A stretch of DNA of 62,792 bases from Octopus sinensis (taxonomy: Eukaryota), in NCBI RefSeq assembly GCF_006345805.1, contig NW_021832261.1:1-62792 (forward strand), read 5' to 3'. Both the position numbers and the translations under genes were made by a program. Position 1 is the stretch's first letter, and every line of letters begins with the position of its first letter. Of the stretch, positions 50,321-62,792 are shown piece by piece. The notes under the pieces were generated by a model that worked only from the letters and a program-made list of their open reading frames with translations, was not told where the DNA came from and ran no database searches.

Positions 50321-51014
50321 TCGAACTATATGTACAGTTTGTGTGTCTGTGTTATTCCCCCACCATCGCTTGACAACCGATGTTGGTGCCTTTACGTCTC
50401 CGTAAAAGACTTCGATAGAATAAGTTCTAGGCTTACAAAGAATAAGTCTTGGAATGGATTTCTTCGACTAGAGACGCTGCTCCAGTATGGCCGCAGTCAG
50501 ATGACTGAAACAAAAGCATGAAAGAACATATACGTATGTATGTATGTATGTATGTATGTATGTATGTATGTATGTATGTATGTATGTGTGTATGTATATA
50601 TGTATTTATGTGTGTGTGTGTGTATATATATATATATTTATTTCCTACCAATACGGTTTAGCAGAAATTTATTGAAAGGCTATCATGATCTCCATGGAAA
50701 CAATTATTTGAGGAGTCAACGTTCAGTTGTTCGTCATCCAAGTGCACAACGCAAAAGTCACGTTGGTCCGAAACTGGAATGGTACTTTCATGTAATTACG
50801 ATAGAGTTTTGAATTCCTGTGAATAGACACCGAAATTGTAATAACAGCAATATATACTGTGGCGTATCGTGTTCCTTGGTAAAATTGTTCATTTATCCAT
50901 TTAGTAGCGATACATTGGATAATAGATTCGGCTGTCGATCGATAATAGAGCGTTCTTCAAAGAACAAACGAGAAATTAACAATGACATTGGGCGGGGTAG
51001 AATTACTGACGAAA

Positions 51015-51030
51015 CTACTACTGCCGCTGG

Positions 51031-51125
<95 letters not shown>

Positions 51126-51302
51126 TAATAATAATTATAATAATAATAATAATGATAATAATAATAATAAAAATAATAACAATAATAATAATAATGATAA
51201 TAATAATAATACTGCTGGTTCCGATGTTACTACTACCACTACTGCTAGTGCTGCTGCACTACAACTACCACCACCACCACCACCACCACTACTGCTGCTT
51301 CA

Positions 51303-51343
<41 letters not shown>

Positions 51344-51459
51344 CATCACCACTACTGCTGGTGCTTCTGGTGGTGGTGGTGCTACTACAACTACTACTAC
51401 GACAATCACTACTACTATTACCACTACCACTACAGTTGGTGCTTCTGGAGGTGGTGCTG

Positions 51460-51509
<50 letters not shown>

Positions 51510-51512
51510 ACA

Positions 51513-51544
<32 letters not shown>

Positions 51545-51774
51545 AACTACTACTACTACTACTACTACTATTACTACTACTACTACTACTACTACTGTTG
51601 CTGCTGCTGTGGTACTGCTGTGGTACTGCTGTACTGCTGCTGTTGTGCTGTTGCTTCTGCGAAGGAGTTGCTGCTAAATTCATCTAAATTCAGTGCCAAT
51701 AATTCTATTTCAATATATATATATACAAATGGCATTATAGACACTGCACGTTATTTATACTATACGACACCACC

Positions 51775-51805
<31 letters not shown>

Positions 51806-51835
51806 GCAACAAAAACAGCAACAACAAAAACTACA

Positions 51836-51866
<31 letters not shown>

Positions 51867-52000
51867 TTACTGCTACTACTACTACTACTACTGTTACTGC
51901 TACTACTACTATTACTACTACTACTGCTACTACTGTTACTACTACGACAAGGACAAACAGAACGAAATGTACTACTACTACTACTACTACTACTACTGCG
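51015..52000. repeat. Compound trinucleotide microsatellite mosaic (CTA/AAT/CAC/CTG/CAA)
   Basis: Direct reading; generates the 406 aa low-complexity ORF. Confidence 0.95.
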
Positions 52001-52132
52001 CCAGTGTCTCCAGTATCGTTTCAGTTTTACCTATTATAAAGGAAATTAAGCTATACTTGTATTTAGATTAATTTATTAGTGGACCTGGGGGTATGCACTG
52101 TCAGACTTGATCCCTTTAGCCGTTTAGGCTCA

Positions 52133-52168
<36 letters not shown>

Positions 52169-53052
52169 AGGTGGAAAAAAAGTGATCGTTACTATAGGAA
52201 TGATTAGTAATGTTATTATGTTGGTCAATTCTATGTCTTACAACTCTGAGTTTCGCCCGTCGGTACACAAGATCTTCTGGCAAAGTACGACACCTGAAGA
52301 CACTGTGGTGTACACATAGGCGAAAAGACATACACATACATACACACACACATATGTGTATATATAAATATATATATATATATACACCCATATGTGTGTA
52401 TGTGTGTGTGTATATATGTATGTGTATGTATGTCTTTCCGACTATATACAAAGAATAAGTCCTGGGGTCGATTCGTTCGATTAAAGACGGTGCTCCAGCA
52501 TGGCCGCAGTCAAATGACTGAAACAAATAAAAGAATAAAAGAAAAACATCCAGCTATATGTGATATATATACGTGTGTGTATATATACGTATGCAAGTAA
52601 ATATGTGTATATATATATTATATATACTCATACACATACACATACATACATGCGTATTCTTATAGTATTTTACTTGTTTCAGTCAGTTGACTGCGGCCAT
52701 ACTGCAGCACCCCTTTAGTCGAACGAAGAAACACAGACACACAAATACACACACACACAAACACACACACACACACACACACACACCACACACACACACA
52801 CACCACATACACACACGCCATGGGCCTCTTTCAATTTCCGTCTACCAAATCTATTCACAAGGCTTTGTTCGATCCGAGGCTATAGAAGGAGACACTTGCC
52901 CAAGGTGCTACAATTCGGGACTGAACCCGGAACCATGTGTTTGCGAAGCAAGCTTCTGAACACACAGCTACTCCTGAACCTATAACCACTCCAGCGTATA
53001 TGTATGTACAGATATGTATTTATCTGGATGTAACTATTTAATATATTATACG

Positions 53053-53101
<49 letters not shown>

Positions 53102-53139
53102 TATATATATGCAAGTTTATATATGTATATACATACATA

Positions 53140-53231
<92 letters not shown>

Positions 53232-53656
53232 GAGACACACACATACAAACACTCATCACACATATAGCTTGTGTAGAACCACCTTTTTTGAGTGTGAATG
53301 ATATTATTGTACGATTCCATTTTCTCTCTGCTTTCCTATCATGACTAATGATTATGAATGTTTGCAAATGTCGACTTCGTGTAGAAAGCATCGAACATAA
53401 TGAAAATGGCGCCGCATTGAAAAAAGATAACAAAGAAACAAATTACCTCCCTTAGGTATATTGCATATACTTTCACACTTAACATTTTATAGTGTTTTCC
53501 TACATTATTGTCTTACGCCGAAGTCTGATTATCGGTAACCATGTTCAAATCAGAGATCGTTTCATGATAAACCGAAATAACCGTATTAGAAACAATAATT
53601 ATCGTTGTCGGCGGCATCATAATTATCGTTCTCATTACTGTTGTTATCGTGAACGT

Positions 53657-55215
53657 GGCCGAGCAGGTCGGATAATGTTTAATGACATGTCGTCCGGCTT
53701 TACGTTCTGTGTTCAAATTCAGGCGACACTGAAACTGTGTTTTGTCCTTCTGTGGTCGATAAAATTAAGCACACGCAGAACAGATGGGTCGATGTAATTG
53801 ACGGAACCATCCCCCAAAATTGCTGTCCCTGTGCTGAGATATGAATCGATTATCATTGTTATGAATATTCTTTTCTACTCTAGGCACAAGGCCCAAAATT
53901 TTGGGGGAGGGGTCCAGTCGATTAGATCGACTCCAATACGAAACTGGTACATAATTTATCGGCCCCGAAAGGATAAACGGCAAAGTCAACATCGACAGAA
54001 TTTGAACTCATAACGTAAAGACATACGGAATAACGCTAAGCATATCGTGCGGCGTGCTAACGTTTCTTAGTTCTTTATTGCCACAAGGGGCTAAAGAGAG
54101 AGAGGACAAACACGGACAGACAAACGGATTAAGTCGATTACAACGGCCCCAGTGCGTAACTGGTGCTTATTTAATCGCCCCCGAAAGGATGAAAGGCTAA
54201 GTTGACTTCGGCGGGATTTGATCTCAGAACGTAAAGACAGACGAAAAACTGATAAGCCTTTCGCCCGACGTGCTAACGTTTCTGCCAGCTTGCCGCCTTC
54301 ATTGCTATTCATATTGTCATGATTCACCAATATTTTTGTTCACGTCACCATCATTTTTGATAATATTATTCGTTATTATAAGGCGGCAAACTGGCAGCAG
54401 GATCGTTGTGACGCCGGGTAAAATGCTTAGCGGCATTTAATCCGTCTTTACGTCCTGGTTTCATATTCCACCGAGGTCGATTTTGCTTATCGTCCCTTCA
54501 AAGTCGATGAATTAAGTACCAGTTATGCACTGGGGTCACTGTAATCGACTTACCCACCTCTCGAAATTGCTGGCCTTGTGCCAAAATTTAAAACCGATAG
54601 TATCCACAATTATAATAATGTTTTTGTTCGCCTCTCGTGAATGAATGTCTAAGTTGACCTCGGCAGAATTTGAAATCAGAACGTCTTGCGTCAGAAGAAA
54701 TGTAGAATAGAATTTTGGTTGCCAGTACGCTAACAGTTCTTCCAATTCTTTGCCTTTCGGCTGATAAATAATTCTTTCTAATGAAACGCCATCAGGAATT
54801 TTGAGTGAAGGCGGTTGAAGTCAATTACGTCGTCTCTAGTACACTTGATTGCTACTTTAGTTTATTGACTCCCGAAAGAATTAAAGCCAAAGTTGGTTTT
54901 GGCGGCATTTGAACTCTGAACCCGAAGAAATTCCGCAATGCATTCTGATTGGCGAACGATTCTGCATATCAATCACGTTTAGGCTGGTAAATTATAGTTT
55001 TAAATTTTGGTATAAAGTCATCAAGTTTCGCGGGTGGAGATTGGTCGATTCCATCTACCCCAGTAATTATATTCAACAAGTAATTATTTTGTCGACCATA
55101 ATACGATCACAGGCAAAGTGGACCTTGGTGGAATTTTTTGAACTGGGAACTGAAGACGGACGACATGCCGGTAAGAATTTTGTTCGGTGTGCTAATGGTT
55201 CTACCAGCTCGCCAG
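53657..55215. mobile_element. Cluster of about seven family A SINE copies in mixed orientation
   Basis: +53657-53850, -53868-54066, -54066-54298, +54381-54595, -54640-54740, -54855-54980, -55005-55215. Confidence 0.75.
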
Positions 55216-55376
55216 TTTTTGGATGGATGAATAAATAACAAGTGAAATACTCAGTAACATACAGTGCACCATATTAGCTCACCCCACAAATAATTTCAAA
55301 CATTTTACCTAAATTAAAAATATTTATGTTTATGAATTTGTGTTGCAAGACTCCTGATGTGAACTCGAGTGTTGTA

Positions 55377-55629
55377 TTTCGAGATGGTCTTTTTTTTTTT
55401 GTTTAGCCAAATAAGCACACGCACTATATATTCGTTCTTCACTCGTTTATTACTCTTCTTATTCTAACTCATGTCCATTGTCCGGAAATCTTTCGTCACA
55501 CATCTGGTGACCTCTTCAATGACGCTTTTCGTCTTCGTGTGTGCTCTTGCCCCACTTATTTTATTCTGAAATATTTAACGCGTGTGTTTATTTGGCAAAA
55601 ACAGAAGAAAAAAAATGACTCTCGTGAAA
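55377..55629. mobile_element. Small fold-back element (~45 bp imperfect inverted ends) with a central degenerate hammerhead
   Basis: gccaaataagcacacgc / gcgtgtgtttatttggc; minus strand 55480-55523 reads ttgaaga-g-gtcac-cagatgt-gtgac-gaaa-gatttc. Confidence 0.55.
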
Positions 55630-56079
55630 TAACAAAAATGTTTATATTCAGAAATGGTAGAATGCCAATCAGATGTCAAACTGCGTACATTTAAATTCAT
55701 TAGTCAAAATAAAGAGTTCAAGTCCCACGACAGCCAATTTTAAGCGATAACTACCCGGGCAAAATAATAATACGAACCCAATCGAATTATTTAAGACAAT
55801 CAAATACAATGTAATATGTTCCAGCGCCAAGAGATTTGTGACTGTGTTTCAAAAGCTAGAAATAGTTATGTGTTCATTATTGCCACAGAAACGGGGGTTA
55901 GCTGAAGTAGATTTCTACATCGAACATTAGAAAATAGGTAGGTTCGGATTTAATCGAGGTCGACCTGGTCATTCAATCTCTGGAAATCATATAAAATATG
56001 GAACTGTCATTTAGTTGGTTTGACGAGTATCGATTTTTCACTCCATCACTGAAAAATTGTATGGCTTGGTTCCAAATTG

Positions 56080-56219
56080 ACAAGTCGATACAACTGCTAC
56101 AACAACAGCAACAGCAACAGCAACCACCATCACTACTACCACCACCACCAACAGCACCACCGCCGCCGCTGCTACTACTACTACTACCACCAGCATCACC
56201 AGCACCAGCACCACCACTG

Positions 56220-56265
<46 letters not shown>

Positions 56266-56317
56266 TACTACTACTAACGCCGCTGCTGACACAGCCTTCA
56301 TTATTCGTAATCATCAC

Positions 56318-56353
<36 letters not shown>

Positions 56354-57190
56354 CATCGGCCTCTCCTTCGCCCTTCTTACTGCTAATGTTCCTTTCGTAT
56401 TCACTATTGTCGTCTTTATCTTTGTCCTCTTCTCGTATGTTCGTCGCTTATGTCGTTCCTCTTGTTGTTCTGGCTGTTGTTATTGAGGTTGTTCGTATTA
56501 TCGTAGTTCCTGGTGTTGTTGTTGAGTACTTTGATTACAGCGGAAAAGGTTATAGCGTGGTGACGGTGGTTGTAGTGGTTGGTTGTGGTGATGGTGATGA
56601 TGTTTGTGATGGAGGTACTGGTACGGATGGTAGTGGTGTTGGTGATGCTGGTTGTGGTGGTGGTGGTGGTGGTGGTGGTGGCAGCACTAATCGAAGTGGT
56701 GTTGATGGTGGTGATGTTGGTGGTGACAGTGAAGTTGGTGGTGCTGTTTGTACTGTTGATGATGGTGGTGATGATGCTGCTAGCGGTGGTGGAGCTGATG
56801 GAGCACGTGTTGGTTGGTTGTGGTAGTGTTGGTGATGGTCATGGTAATAGTTGTGGTAGTGGTGGAGGTGGTGGTGGTGGTGCTAGCGTTGATGGTGAAA
56901 GTGGTGGTGTTGAAGATGATGGTGCTAGTGCTGGTTGTTGGTGGTGTTGTTGATGGTGATGGTGGAGGTGGTGGTGGTGGAGGTGGTGGTGATGGTGGTG
57001 CTACAGGTGGTGGTGATGGTGATGGTGACTGTGGTGGTGGTGGTGATGGCGATGGTGGTGGCAGTGGCGGTGATTGTGATGGTGATGGTGGTGGTGGTGA
57101 TAGTGGTGGTGGTGATAGTGGTGGTAGTGGTGATGGTGAGCGTGGTAGTGGTGATGGTGATGGCGGTGGTGGTGATGGCGGGTTTTTGCT
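56080..57190. repeat. Compound trinucleotide microsatellites (CAA/CAC/CTA/CAT, then GTG/GAT)
   Basis: Direct reading. Confidence 0.95.
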
Positions 57191-57484
57191 CCAGCTTTGA
57201 TCTCCACTTCACATCTAATGCAACAGATGCATATGTCATTGTGGTGTTGTGTGTTTGCCAAATTGGAAATGGCTACAGTGCGCCAAACTTTACAAATCCA
57301 CACTCATCTGATGTTTAATTCAAATTAGACAGCTCTTCAAACAATGTCCGCTCACTTGAACCATGAAACGTCGTCGTTCTGGAGGGAATTTCTAGACAAA
57401 CTTCATTGTTCTAGAATATTCTAATAACGAGGATAATTTTGTTATTCTGTTTCACTCACGTTATTTCTGTCTCTCCTTCTTTCT

Positions 57485-57557
<73 letters not shown>

Positions 57558-57843
57558 TTTTCTAACCTCGGTTTTTTTCCTCTCCTTTAGACAGTCAATT
57601 GGTCTGTTTCGCTCTTTTTCTTATCATACATTACTGCATACATACATAATACATACATACATACATACATACATACATACATACATACATACACTCATAC
57701 ATGTATATACGTTAGTTTTCATAATCGGTTATAATAAAAACAGCAGTCTAATGATGATTTAAATAGTCGAATCGTCGAAGTCACTGTCAACACTATTTTT
57801 GCTAATAATAATAATAATAAAATAATAATAATATTTATATATA

Positions 57844-57882
<39 letters not shown>

Positions 57883-57954
57883 TATATATTATGTATTATA
57901 TATATGTATATATTTATATATATGTATAATACTTTAATACGTATAATATATAGA

Positions 57955-58192
57955 CTCGTTTACTCTTTTACTTGTGTCAGTCATTTGATAGCAGCCATGC
58001 TGGAGCACCACATTAAACGGTGTTAATCGAAGAAATCGACGTACTTGGGATTTGTTCTTTGTAAGCCTAGTATTTAATCTATCAGTCTTTTATGCCGAAC
58101 TGCAAAGCTACGGGGACGTAAACACACCAGCATCGGTTGTCAAGCTCTGGCGGTGTAACAAGTACACACACACGCACACACACACACCACAC

Positions 58193-58247
<55 letters not shown>

Positions 58248-58891
58248 GTACACGACGGGTTTCTTTTAGTTTCCGTCTAGCAAATCCACTCCCAAGGCTG
58301 TAGTCGGTCCGACGTTAGAGTATAAAACACTTATAAGGTGCAGGCGGGCCTGCTTGCTAATAGATTTACTCCCAACCTCATGGTCCTGGGTTCAGTTCCA
58401 CTGTGTGGCACCTTATGCAAGTGTTTTCTACTCTAGCCTGGGGTCGACCAAAGCCTTGTGAGTGGATTTGGTAGGCGAAAACTGATAGAAGCCCGTCACC
58501 TATATGTATGTATATATTTATGTGTGCGTGTCTCTGTCCAGCATCGCCTATCACAACGGTGATGATGTGTTTACGTCTCCGTAACTTAGCGTTTTGGCAC
58601 AAGGTACCGATAGAATAAGTACTGGCCTTTTAAGAATAAGTCCCAGGGTCGATTTGTTCGACTTAAAGCCTTCAAGATGGTGCTCTAGCATAGCGGTACC
58701 CAAATTACTGAAACAAGTTGAAGATAAAAGACACACACACACACAGTGGCTGTTTGGTAAGAAGCTCGCTAACCAACTACATAGTTCCGGGTTCAGTCCC
58801 GGCACCTTGAGCAAATGTCTTCTACTATAGCCTCGAGCCGACCAAATCCTTGTGACTGGATTTGGTAGCGGGAAACTGAAAAAAGCCCGAC

Positions 58892-58980
<89 letters not shown>

Positions 58981-59115
58981 CTGGTGTGTTTACGTACCAA
59001 CAAATTAGCGTTTCGGCACAGGTCAGGCTGATAGAGTAACTACCATTGTTTCGACAAAAATTCTTCAAGGCCGTCACCCAACATGGCAGCGATCTAATGA
59101 ATGAGACAAGTATAA
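57955..59115. mobile_element. Three family B SINEs (-57955-58310, +58337-58730, +58742-59115)
   Basis: Heads, CORE-like boxes and tails recognisable. Confidence 0.8.
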
Positions 59116-59759
59116 CATAGAAAAAGATATATTGGACTGGCAACGAAGTTCCCGCGGTTTTTATAAATTTTGGAATTTATTGCGTCCTTAAATTTTGGAA
59201 TTCATGTTTTTCGAGAATGCTATTTTTGAATCATTTTTGACACCTGAGCAGACCCAAAGTTTTCTCTGCTTATCATAAAGGCAACTAAAAGAGGTTCAGT
59301 TCAGGTAGGATTTGAACTCCAGCCGTGTTAAGTCCTCACTAGCAACGACTACCCAAACAGACCCACCTGTTGAAGGGTTGACGCCAGAATGTTGCAGAGG
59401 CGTCATCCGTCAGGCATAAAGAATCATCAACAACTGGCGGATGCAGCGACGCATTGTAACAGCGCATGCTCCCATGCTACGACCACTTCTTTTCTTTAAA
59501 TGTTACTTTCTCGGTTTTCGTTTTGTGTATCCTCTAAATTTCATTTATCTATTTATCCATTAATTTATTTATTACAATTTCGTTTCTCACCCATTAAACA
59601 CCTTTTTTTGAGTGTATTTCAAATACATGTTTCCATTTTTAGATGGTTCCAATTCTTCCAGAAACGTCTTTACTCTCACCCAATTTCTTTCTACATATTT
59701 CTTTCATATATTTCTTCGCTTTTTCATATTCTTCTCTTTGTTTCCTTCCTTCGTACTTA

Positions 59760-60600
59760 CACTTTTCCTTCCTCTCCTTTTACTCATTGTTTTTCATTCT
59801 TCTTTCCTTCTTTTTCTTTCTTTCATTATCCCATTCTGTCTTTCTTCCATTCTTTCTATCTTTCTTTCTTTCTTCCTTTCTTTCTTTCATCTTTTTTTCT
59901 TCCATTCCTTCTACCTTTCTTTCTTTCTTTCTTTCTTTTTTCTTCCATTCTTTCTTTTTACTTCCATTATTTCTTCCTTCCTTTCTTTCCTTCTTGCTTT
60001 CCTTCTTTCTTTCTTTTTCCATTCTCTCTCTCCTTTCTTTGTTCCTTTCTTTCTTTCTAACTTTCATGCTTTCAATTTTTCTTTCTTTCGTTCTTTCTGT
60101 CTTTCTTTCTTTCTTTCTTTCATACTTTCTTTCTTACTTTCTTGTTTCTTTCTTTCATTCTATCTTTCTTGCTTTCTATTTTTCTTGCATTCTTTCTGTC
60201 TTTCTTTCTTTTTCTATTCTTTCTCTCTTTTTTCTTTCTATCTTACTTCCATTCTTCCTTCCTTCCTTTCTATCTTACTTCCATTCTTTCTTTCTTTCTT
60301 TCTATCTTTCTTTCTTTCTTTCTTTCCTTCTGTCTTTCCTTCTTTCTTTCTTTCTATCTTCCATTATTCCTTCCCTTTTCCATTCTTTCTTTCCTTCTTT
60401 CTATCTTTCTTCCATTCTTTCTTTCTTTCTTTTTTTACACTCCCTTTCTTTTATTCCTCCTATCCTACCTTCTTTGCTTTTTATATTTAATCTTCAAAAG
60501 CCATTTGGAACTTCTCATATTCTCATATTCTTTGACTAACATTTCTTCTTCTTCTTCTTTTTCTTCTTCTTCTTCTTCTTCTTCTTCCCCCTCCTCCTCC
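59760..60600. repeat. Degenerate (CTTT)n/(CTT)n polypyrimidine tract
   Basis: Direct reading; the source of F/L/S ORFs. Confidence 0.95.
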
Positions 60601-61217
60601 TTCTCGACCTCACATTCTTCAACACGTCATTTGTATTTACTCCTGAAACTTGCCATTGTCTTTCACCATATATTTCTATATGGTTTTCCTTTCCTTTTTC
60701 CTCTCTTTCCTCCTTCGCTATACCATCATTCGTCTCTTGTACAATATTAACAAAACTACAAAACACTCATATTTTGACGTTTATTCAATTTATAGCAGCA
60801 CATATTTTTCTTGTTCCTAATCAAACCTAATTATTAGGCATTTCTAATATTGCCACAAGACCATCTTTTGAAAAGGAAAGAGAGTGACAGAGAGAGAGAG
60901 AAAGAGAGGGAGAGAGAGGAGAGAGAGCACACTCACTTAAATAGACCCCGGTTGTTCATTACATTTTTTGGTATTTTTATGCAAAATCTATGGAGGAGCG
61001 GCAAGGTCGAGTTTAACACTCAGCAAAATTCCAATTCATATCGGAAAACATAAAAGAACATAGCTAAACGATATAAATTTGTTTCATTGCGCCATGAGAT
61101 ATATAAATGTGATAAAATTGTCTAGCATACGTACAAGACACACAAGGCACGCGTACACACACACGCACACACACATTCACACATACACACTCGGTATATA
61201 AATATGTGTGGTGTGCA

Positions 61218-61636
61218 TCTTTTACATATTTCAGTAATTTGACTGCGGCCATGTTGGAGCACCGCCTTTAGTTCAGCAAATCGACCCCATGACTTATTCT
61301 TGGTAAGCTTAGTACTGATTCTATCGGTCTCTTTTGCCGAACCGCTAGGTTACGCGGATGCAAACACACCACCATCGGTTGTCAAGTGATGCTGGGGGAC
61401 AAACACAGACACGCAAACATATACACATATACATACATATACACTTATATATATATATAAATATACACATATACGACAGGCTTCTATCAGTTTGCGTCTA
61501 CCAAATCCACTCACAAGTCTTTGGTCAGCCCGAGGCTATAGAAGAAGACACTCGCCCAAGTTGCCACGCAGAGGGAATGAATCCGGAACCATGTTGTTGG
61601 TAAGCAAGCTACTTATCACACAGCCACTCCTGCACC
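61218..61636 (-). mobile_element. Full-length family B SINE
   Basis: Continuous from head to tail. Confidence 0.88.
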
Positions 61637-61708
61637 TACGTATATTAGACAATTCTATGAGTCCTTTAGATAATGTTTACATACATACATACATACACAC
61701 GTACGTAC

Positions 61709-61767
<59 letters not shown>

Positions 61768-61799
61768 CATACATACATAATGTTATATTCTTACATATT

Positions 61800-61994
61800 A
61801 TGTGACCGCGTATGTATCGTTGGTGATTGTTTTTCCTCCGTCTTCCCTTCCTTGGATCTTTCCTTTTCCTATGTTTCTGACGAAGAGCTCCGCTCGAAAC
61901 GTTAAATCCTTCTTCTTTCTTTCCTTTCCGGACCGTCCAATACACTATACTTGTTTCACGTCCTCGCGCGTGTGTTGTGTTTTCATGTTTGGAT

Positions 61995-62000
<6 letters not shown>
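61800..62000 (+). mobile_element. PLE 3' end remnant ending in tggattaac(ta)n
   Basis: Terminus shared with 32270; contains an HHR. Confidence 0.7.
61873..61907 (+). ncRNA. Minimal hammerhead ribozyme with canonical core
   Basis: gttt-ctgacga-a-gagc-tcc-gctc-gaaa-cgt-t-aaat; palindromic acgt stem III, GUU site. Confidence 0.65.
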
Positions 62001-62068
<68 letters not shown>

Positions 62069-62792
62069 TATATGGCTACAGGACGTCACAAAACATAAAC
62101 AACATGAAATACGAAGGCATACATGGGTATGCGAACGAGAGAAACAAATGGAAAACAAGACAAGTAACATAAATTTCATGAAATTTCGACTATTATCTAC
62201 TCCACATTTCCAGCAATTAACTGTAATATGAGGCTTCAAAAAACAGTTGCTCCCGCGGATAAAAATAATATTTGAGATTGCGGAGGGTCAAAGTTGGTAA
62301 AAACAAAAACAGGACAGTGGAGACATACAACAAATCAAAGGAAAACAAACATGGAGGGCCGATAGGCCAGACGAGGTAAAATAGCGAACGCTGGCGGAAT
62401 ATACTTTGACAAGAGAAACGATGGATAGGGAAACAGATCAGAATGCGTTTGGTCGGTGCGACAGACCGAAGGAAAAGAAAACTTATCACGTGAGGAAAAG
62501 AAAGATGGACGATGGTCACATGTGAGTAACGAGAGAGAGAGAGAAAGAGAGAGAGAGAGTAAAGGAGGAAGAGGGGCAGAAAAAGAGATAGAAAACGGTG
62601 AAGGAGAGAAAAAAGAATTAGAGAAAGGATGAGAGAAAAAAGGAAAGTGAAAGAAGGAGAGAAAAAAGATTTAGCTCTCTTCCTTTCTCTAATTCTTTTT
62701 TCTCCCCTTCTCCTTTCGTTTTTTCTCTTGTCCTTTCTCTAAATTCTTTTTTCTTCGCTTCACCGTTTTCTATCTGTCTCTCGCTGTCTGTG

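Noticed and set aside
50819-52039. 406 aa ORF
   Set aside because: Entirely compound trinucleotide microsatellite with no domain content.
52251-52325. Imperfect hairpin (tttcgcc/ggcgaaa, gtacac/gtgtac, tcttc/gaaga) containing ctgaaga...gaaa
   Set aside because: Stem II is not adjacent to the core, there is no UH site, and the stems are too interrupted for a pre-miRNA call.

Overview
No host protein-coding exon could be supported in this window. It is AT-rich, microsatellite-saturated metazoan DNA, and the SINE families and repeat style point to a coleoid cephalopod such as Octopus (inference). The main feature is a ~12.3 kb Penelope-like retroelement (PLE) complex at ~14360-26658, sitting in (TA)n. 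It has a very AT-rich RT + C-terminal GIY-YIG ORF (20538-23040) and a ~3.5 kb modular 3' UTR. It also has a ~4.35 kb upstream direct repeat, a rearranged 1.7 kb inverted arm, and three minimal hammerhead ribozymes (HHR). In the segment that can be checked against a second internal copy, the ORF's frameshifts are single-base deletions absent from that copy. A separate ~500 bp unit with terminal direct repeats (3717-4239) carries a complete type I HHR with a long loop II and a possible pseudoknot. The window also holds two decayed Neptune-like PLEs, several PLE end remnants with HHR variants, a CR1-like LINE, a Dong/R4-like LINE fragment in (TAA)n, two non-autonomous Helitrons, a mariner remnant and dozens of tRNA-derived SINEs. 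A 1.35 kb tandem duplication and many simple repeats complete it. Most ORFs in the supplied track are microsatellite artefacts. All coordinates were read by eye, and edges may be off by several bases.
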